This document shows positions 25,585 to 30,438 of a stretch of DNA of 30,438 nt, one piece after another. Made by a program: the position numbers and the translations under genes. Source of the DNA: Fimicolochytrium jonesii (taxonomy: Eukaryota); the NCBI RefSeq assembly GCF_025526975.1, contig NW_026515674.1, positions 992,001-1,022,438 of the forward strand. Direction: 5' to 3'. The number at the start of each line of letters is the position of its first letter. The first letter of the stretch is position 1. The notes beneath the pieces were generated by a model that saw only the letters and a list, made by a program, of their open reading frames with translations, did not search any database and had not been told where the DNA came from.

Positions 25585-25681
25585 GGGTTAGGGTTAGGGT
25601 TAGGGGTTAGGGTTAGGGTTAGGGTTAGGGTTAGGGTTAGGGTTAGGGTTAGGGTTAGGGTTAGGGTTAGGGTTAGGGTTA
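25584..25681 (+). repeat. Interstitial telomeric array 1, (TTAGGG)~16
   Basis: Seen directly. It has one TTAGGGG variant and is fused to integrase coding sequence at CAA|AGGGTTA. Confidence 0.98.
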
Positions 25682-26256
25682 CAAGACCCCCTGGGTTGGG
25701 TTTTATTATTGGGTTGCCTGGAACCCTAGGGACTTAGAAATTTTCGAGTTTTCTGGCTTTTGGGTGTGTTCTACAGTTCGAATTTTTGACTCTGAGGGAG
25801 GTAGTGGCGGGGGGTATTGCGCACCTAGGCAAGTCGGGGAGGACTAGGTGTGCAAGGGCAAGTGATGGGTCATATGGGCGGTGGTGCGGGTACGGGGGGG
25901 GGGGGTTGATATAAAGGGGACATATATGTTATATATACGTTATAGGACTTGTGCAAATTGGGATTTTTCTAGTGCCGATCCGGAGTTGGCGTCCTAATTG
26001 AAAAGTTGGCCCCATATCATATTCTCTAATTGAAGTACTCTCGGATTGGCAATCCGTGCGGAAACGGCTTCAGAAACTTAGAAAAACGAAATTTTCACGC
26101 GACGGGGGGTAAAAAGTTGGAAAATGTGGTGATATCTCAACATCTGGCTGACTATCCAGTGTAGGGCACTTAATGAAAGTTGATTGTAGCCTATGGTTTG
26201 CATAGCTGATGTGGTAGCAAATCTTGTGTAACCTTGCTTTTGGCTGAAGAACAGGG
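25682..26256. mobile_element. Element A' (575 bp): truncated copy of the proximal end of element A
   Basis: Matches 26795-27369 with one substitution noticed (C25954 vs G27067). It ends at GAACAGGG, where telomere repeats replace the continuation CCCCTTTTC. Confidence 0.85.
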
Positions 26257-26290
26257 TTAGGGTTAGGGGTTAGGGTTAGGGTTAGGGTTA
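26253..26290 (+). repeat. Interstitial telomeric array 2 (~6 units)
   Basis: Seen directly, with one TTAGGGG variant. Confidence 0.98.
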
Positions 26291-26543
26291 CAGGACTGTT
26301 CCCGGTTATGGGTTATTTTTGGCCATCCAAAAAGTGTCAAATAAAGTTGCTAGCAATGTTCAGGGGCATCTTACTGTAATGTGCTTCAAATCTTGGGGCA
26401 TGTTTTCCACTCAATGCCCCGGGAAAATCTGTTTTTCCGATTTTTTACTATGAAAATATTGCCAAAATGCATTTTCTGAAACTCTGAGTGGATGGATTTC
26501 GCTTAAAGTGAGATATGTCTCAGAAAACATCCCCAAAAACATC
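26291..26543. repeat. Element B copy 1 (253 bp, non-coding, AT-rich)
   Basis: Appears identical to 29872-30124 (CAGGACTGTTCCC...CCCCAAAAACATC) and is flanked on both sides by TTAGGG. Confidence 0.92.
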
Positions 26544-26699
26544 TTAGGGTTAGGGTTAGGTTAGGGTTAGGGTTAGGGTTAGGGTTAGGGTTAGGGTTAG
26601 GGTTAGGGTTAGGGTTAGGGGTTAGGGTTAGGGTTAGGGTTAGGGTTAGGGTTAGGGTTAGGGTTAGGGTTAGGGTTAGGGTTAGGGTTAGGGTTAGGG

Positions 26700-26759
<60 letters not shown>

Positions 26760-26794
26760 GGTTAGGGTTAGGGTTAGGGTTAGGGTTAGGGTTA
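26544..26794 (+). repeat. Interstitial telomeric array 3 (~42 units)
   Basis: Seen directly, with variants TTAGG, TTAGGGG and two TTTAGGG. Confidence 0.98.
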
Positions 26795-27807
26795 CAAGAC
26801 CCCCTGGGTTGGGTTTTATTATTGGGTTGCCTGGAACCCTAGGGACTTAGAAATTTTCGAGTTTTCTGGCTTTTGGGTGTGTTCTACAGTTCGAATTTTT
26901 GACTCTGAGGGAGGTAGTGGCGGGGGGTATTGCGCACCTAGGCAAGTCGGGGAGGACTAGGTGTGCAAGGGCAAGTGATGGGTCATATGGGCGGTGGTGC
27001 GGGTACGGGGGGGGGGGGTTGATATAAAGGGGACATATATGTTATATATACGTTATAGGACTTGTGGAAATTGGGATTTTTCTAGTGCCGATCCGGAGTT
27101 GGCGTCCTAATTGAAAAGTTGGCCCCATATCATATTCTCTAATTGAAGTACTCTCGGATTGGCAATCCGTGCGGAAACGGCTTCAGAAACTTAGAAAAAC
27201 GAAATTTTCACGCGACGGGGGGTAAAAAGTTGGAAAATGTGGTGATATCTCAACATCTGGCTGACTATCCAGTGTAGGGCACTTAATGAAAGTTGATTGT
27301 AGCCTATGGTTTGCATAGCTGATGTGGTAGCAAATCTTGTGTAACCTTGCTTTTGGCTGAAGAACAGGGCCCCTTTTCAATTCTCAAGTCGTGATCCCCA
27401 AGACCTCCTAACAAAAGACACGAGTACGCATGTGCAGGCAAAGGGGTTTGGCCGTGTTCTCCAGTAAACATTTTGTGAATTCCGCTGTGCATCGTAGACT
27501 GTTTGTAGGACCCTTGCGGTCTGTTATTTACCAAAACTGTTGAACATTTTCCGGTTAAAGCAGTGTTCTACAGTTTGTCCATGCAGGTTAGAGCACGTGA
27601 CCTGGGCTTGCTTGCAGGGTACGCAGAGTGAGAGGGTTGGGGTTAGAGATTTCCCAGATCACTTATTAAATTCAGCCAAACTGTCTCTGTCATGGAACAT
27701 TTAAAATGGTGGAAAGTAGTATTGCATTTATTGATTTAGAGTACATTGGAAAAGCGCACATTCAGAAAAGGGTTTTGGTGTAAAGTTCTCAACGACATTC
27801 AACAGTA

Positions 27808-29376
27808 CTAAAGGACTTCCGCAAGCATGTCACGGACTTGGTTCTGTCCAAAAGCCGTACAGCACTCAGGGTACCTGGCGCAGCGGAGACGGAAACGATG
27901 CTGACCGCCAATGCTATGAAAAGCTGAGCCTCCACAGTTGGGACATTGAAGCTGATCACGATGCTGATGGAAGAGTTCACGGATATTGCCAATGGGAGCA
28001 GCATCAGGCACTTCCCCATCCCCATGACCCCACCAAGCACGAGCAGGATCAATGACGGGTGCAATGCCTTTGAACCATCCGGGATTGAAACCAAAAGAGT
28101 TGAGAACATCTCGGAAGCGCTGACAGTCTGTCACAGTAGTCTGTCTATTGCGATCTCCTCTGAATAGAACTCTGGTGGCAGCGTCCATGATGCCATTGAT
28201 GAGACTGTAGTACTCTTCCACCGGCACAAGCTTCAAGGAGTTTGCGCCCATGTGCTGGAAAATGGTCTCGATCTGGTCCAAATGGAGATTCAAAACCATC
28301 TGTTCCGCTGATTCCAACCTGGCGCACTGAACTCGCACTTCAACTCGCATGCCAGTAATGTGGAGCGGGTGACTGTTGAGCCATTGACGTAAACCTCTCA
28401 GTGTCTCACTGCGATCCCCAAGGCTGGACTTGGTTTGGGGCATTCGCGAAGACAAAGTCGAAGAGTAGGCTTTGAGCGCATGAACAAGCTTTGGGTAGCA
28501 AGTAACCCAAACATTGGCGTGACCCGCAATGTCAAAGCGGGTGGACCCAAATCCCTCACCAAGGATGGTGAGCATGGGAAAGGTGGCTCCAACTCCACGT
28601 CCATTGTAGCGAACCAAAGGAATGACCCCATGAGTGTTCAACGTCTGACCAATGTCCCATGTGTTCAGTGCAGCATCGGGATGGTTGCTCACTTCCTGAT
28701 CAAAGGAGTAGGCTGGCAAAGTCTGAATGCGTTGCTTCATTCCATACTGCACAATGCGTACAGAGGGTGACACAGCACCAATGATGTCCTGGAACCCAGA
28801 CATCAACAGATTTTGCCGCCCAGCAATCAATCGTGAGTGATCCGTGCTTTCCCTCACGATGATCGAATGTTCATTGTGAAGTAACTCAAGAATCCTTGCC
28901 TTTGACTCTGGATTGAATGGAATGCTAATGACACAAGGTCTGCTAGCGATCCGCATCCAACCGGCGAAAGCTTCACTGTCCTTGATATGCTGCATCACTC
29001 CAGACAGTTCAACCAAGGTGAAGGCACCAAAGAGGGTGGTCAGCTTTGTGGTAGGGAGCGTAAAGGCCATCCAGTCCACATCAAAGTAGCCAGTACTGCG
29101 AAAGACCCCAAACTGCTCATCCTGAGGGGCAGGAGAGTGATGGTGTTCCTCATCTGAAGAGCTTGAGCGAGAAGTTGGCAACTCGCTGTCCTCACGCCCC
29201 TCATCACTATGATGATGAAAGTTGGAGCCGTTTGAACCAGAAATGGACAACTCCACATCCAAACTGCCGATGCTGGATGAGGTCTGGGAGATTTCGACCT
29301 GAAGGCTGGTGTTCGACATGGATGAGGTAAGGCTCGACGGCGAAAGGGTGTTGTTGGTGAATGCGGTGAAAGGCAT
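27808..29376 (-). CDS. Intronless 522-aa protein; putative Rep_trans-like tyrosine nickase with a C-terminal topoisomerase-type C4 zinc ribbon
   Basis: Uninterrupted ORF with a Ser-rich disordered N-terminus. Motifs are VDWMAFTLP (D101), WDIG (D241), CYPK (Y294), GMRVEVRV (E346) and CPNCGG-x15-CARYPECC (from C478). The ORF itself is well supported; the function is inferred. Confidence 0.6.
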   Translation of the reverse strand: MPFTAFTNNTLSPSSLTSSMSNTSLQVEISQTSSSIGSLDVELSISGSNGSNFHHHSDEGREDSELPTSRSSSSDEEHHHSPAPQDEQFGVFRSTGYFDVDWMAFTLPTTKLTTLFGAFTLVELSGVMQHIKDSEAFAGWMRIASRPCVISIPFNPESKARILELLHNEHSIIVRESTDHSRLIAGRQNLLMSGFQDIIGAVSPSVRIVQYGMKQRIQTLPAYSFDQEVSNHPDAALNTWDIGQTLNTHGVIPLVRYNGRGVGATFPMLTILGEGFGSTRFDIAGHANVWVTCYPKLVHALKAYSSTLSSRMPQTKSSLGDRSETLRGLRQWLNSHPLHITGMRVEVRVQCARLESAEQMVLNLHLDQIETIFQHMGANSLKLVPVEEYYSLINGIMDAATRVLFRGDRNRQTTVTDCQRFRDVLNSFGFNPGWFKGIAPVIDPARAWWGHGDGEVPDAAPIGNIRELFHQHRDQLQCPNCGGSAFHSIGGQHRFRLRCARYPECCTAFGQNQVRDMLAEVL

Positions 29377-29485
29377 GGTGTTGGCCCTGGTGTTGGCGAT
29401 GGTATTGGTGTCGGTATTGGCGTAGGTGCTGAAACGTGGTGGTGGTGCGTGCTTTTGGAGGGAGGGAATCTGAACAGCCCTCTCC

Positions 29486-29495
29486 TTTTATAAAA
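29486..29495 (-). promoter_or_regulatory. Putative TATA box for the 522-aa ORF
   Basis: The palindromic TTTTATAAAA lies ~110 bp upstream of ATG 29376, just downstream of a long poly(dA:dT) tract. Confidence 0.5.
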
Positions 29496-29529
29496 GTCTG
29501 GCCAAAGGCAACCTGGAGCTGTTCTTCAG

Positions 29530-29828
29530 TTTTTTTCTGCAACCCTACCTTTTTTTTTCCTAACTTTTTTTTCTTCCTTTTTTTTTTCACTAATCCTTTT
29601 TTTTCTCGACTTTTTTTTTTCACTAATCCTTGTTTTTTTCCTGACTTTTTTTTTTCCACTAATCCATTTTTTTTCGACTTTTTTTTTTCACTAAAGTTTT
29701 TTTTTTTTGACTTTTTTTTTTTCACTAATCTTTGTTTTCTTCCTGACTTTTTTTTCCACTAATCCTTTTTTTTTCGACTTTTTTTTTTCACTAAAGTTTT
29801 TTTTTTTTGACTTTTTTTTTTTTCACTA
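29530..29828. repeat. Punctuated poly(dT) tract with recurring GAC(T)n and (T)nCACTAA motifs and a ~100-bp higher-order duplication
   Basis: The block CTGAC(T)nCCACTAATCC(T)nCGAC(T)nCACTAAAG(T)nGAC(T)nCACTAA occurs at ~29641-29728 and again at ~29743-29829. Confidence 0.9.
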
Positions 29829-29871
29829 AGGGTTAGGGTTAGGGTTAGGGTTAGGGTTAGGGTTAGGGTTA
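29829..29871 (+). repeat. Interstitial telomeric array 4 (~7 units)
   Basis: Seen directly; perfect repeats. Confidence 0.98.
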
Positions 29872-30124
29872 CAGGACTGTTCCCGGTTATGGGTTATTTT
29901 TGGCCATCCAAAAAGTGTCAAATAAAGTTGCTAGCAATGTTCAGGGGCATCTTACTGTAATGTGCTTCAAATCTTGGGGCATGTTTTCCACTCAATGCCC
30001 CGGGAAAATCTGTTTTTCCGATTTTTTACTATGAAAATATTGCCAAAATGCATTTTCTGAAACTCTGAGTGGATGGATTTCGCTTAAAGTGAGATATGTC
30101 TCAGAAAACATCCCCAAAAACATC
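29872..30124. repeat. Element B copy 2 (253 bp)
   Basis: Appears identical to 26291-26543. Confidence 0.92.
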
Positions 30125-30438
30125 TTAGGGTTAGGGTTAGGTTAGGGTTAGGGTTAGGGTTAGGGTTAGGGTTAGGGTTAGGGTTAGGGTTAGGGTTAGG
30201 GGTTAGGGTTAGGGTTAGGGTTAGGGTTAGGGTTAGGGTTAGGGTTAGGGTTAGGGTTAGGGTTAGGGTTAGGGTTAGGGTTAGGGTTAGGGTTAGGGTT
30301 AGGGTTAGGGTTAGGGTTAGGGTTAGGGTTAGGGTTAGGGTTAGGGTTAGGGTTAGGGTTAGGGTTAGGGTTAGGGTTAGGGTTAGGGTTAGGGTTAGGG
30401 TTAGGGTTAGGGTTAGGGTTAGGGTTAGGGTTAGGGTT
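30125..30438 (+). repeat. Terminal telomere (TTAGGG)n, right chromosome end
   Basis: 314 bp of TTAGGG run to the end of the window, with the G-rich strand reading 5'->3' toward the end. Confidence 0.95.

Larger units (their letters stand above)
26795..29828 (-). mobile_element. Element A (3.03 kb): telomere-embedded element carrying one ORF
   Basis: Bounded by TTAGGG arrays on both sides. Its proximal 575 bp is duplicated as A'. It contains the 522-aa ORF and a distal T-rich repeat tract. Mobility is inferred from the duplication and the shared junction motif. Confidence 0.7.

Noticed and set aside
25682..26543. Duplication as a pure assembly artefact
   Set aside because: A' differs from A by a substitution and has its own healed end, and the flanking arrays differ in length and variants. 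An artefact is not fully excluded without reads.
27808..29376. ORF as RT, telomere-linked RecQ helicase, Fanzor/TnpB or DDE transposase
   Set aside because: No YxDD, Walker A/DExH, or recognisable RuvC or RNase H motif pattern.
26244..29529. Hammerhead ribozyme (as in Penelope-like elements)
   Set aside because: CTGAAGA cores exist (26244 +, 29523-29529 -) but I could not build the stems and the GAAA core by eye. An Infernal search would settle it.
29207..29762. Lys-rich (29207-29725, -) and Phe-rich (29436-29762, +) ORFs
   Set aside because: These are translations of the poly(dA:dT) tract with non-ATG starts; low-complexity artefacts.
29530..29828. T-tract as a retrotransposon poly(A) tail
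   Set aside because: On the ORF strand the A-rich tract is 5' of the gene, not 3', and it is regularly punctuated.

Overview
This window is the right end of a eukaryotic chromosome, ending in TTAGGG telomere repeats on the + strand. The organism is most likely a flagellated (chytrid-type) fungus, inferred from short GT-AG introns, a fungal-type FAD oxidase and a CFAP92-like ciliary gene. Bases 1-11.7 kb hold a partial FAD-linked oxidoreductase, the CFAP92-like gene, one ORF interrupted by a stop codon and two putative secreted proteins. Bases 12.5-23.6 kb hold one giant minus-strand gene for a polycystin-1-like surface protein with the order 3x beta-helix, EGF, PSI, REJ, GAIN/GPS (cleavable), Ser/Thr repeat, second REJ, second GAIN/GPS (non-canonical), single TM. 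Bases 24.3-30.4 kb are a layered telomeric region. A dead Harbinger transposase carries an inserted chromovirus LTR retrotransposon, which is cut mid-integrase and capped with TTAGGG. Beyond it lies the array tel-A'-tel-B-tel-A-tel-B-telomere. Elements A and B both begin at the junction GGGTTA|CA(A/G)GAC. Full-length A (3.0 kb) encodes an intact, intronless 522-aa protein whose motifs resemble Rep_trans rolling-circle initiators, followed by a topoisomerase-type C4 zinc ribbon. This is a candidate undescribed telomere-targeted mobile element system. All family calls come from motif recognition by eye, not database searches.
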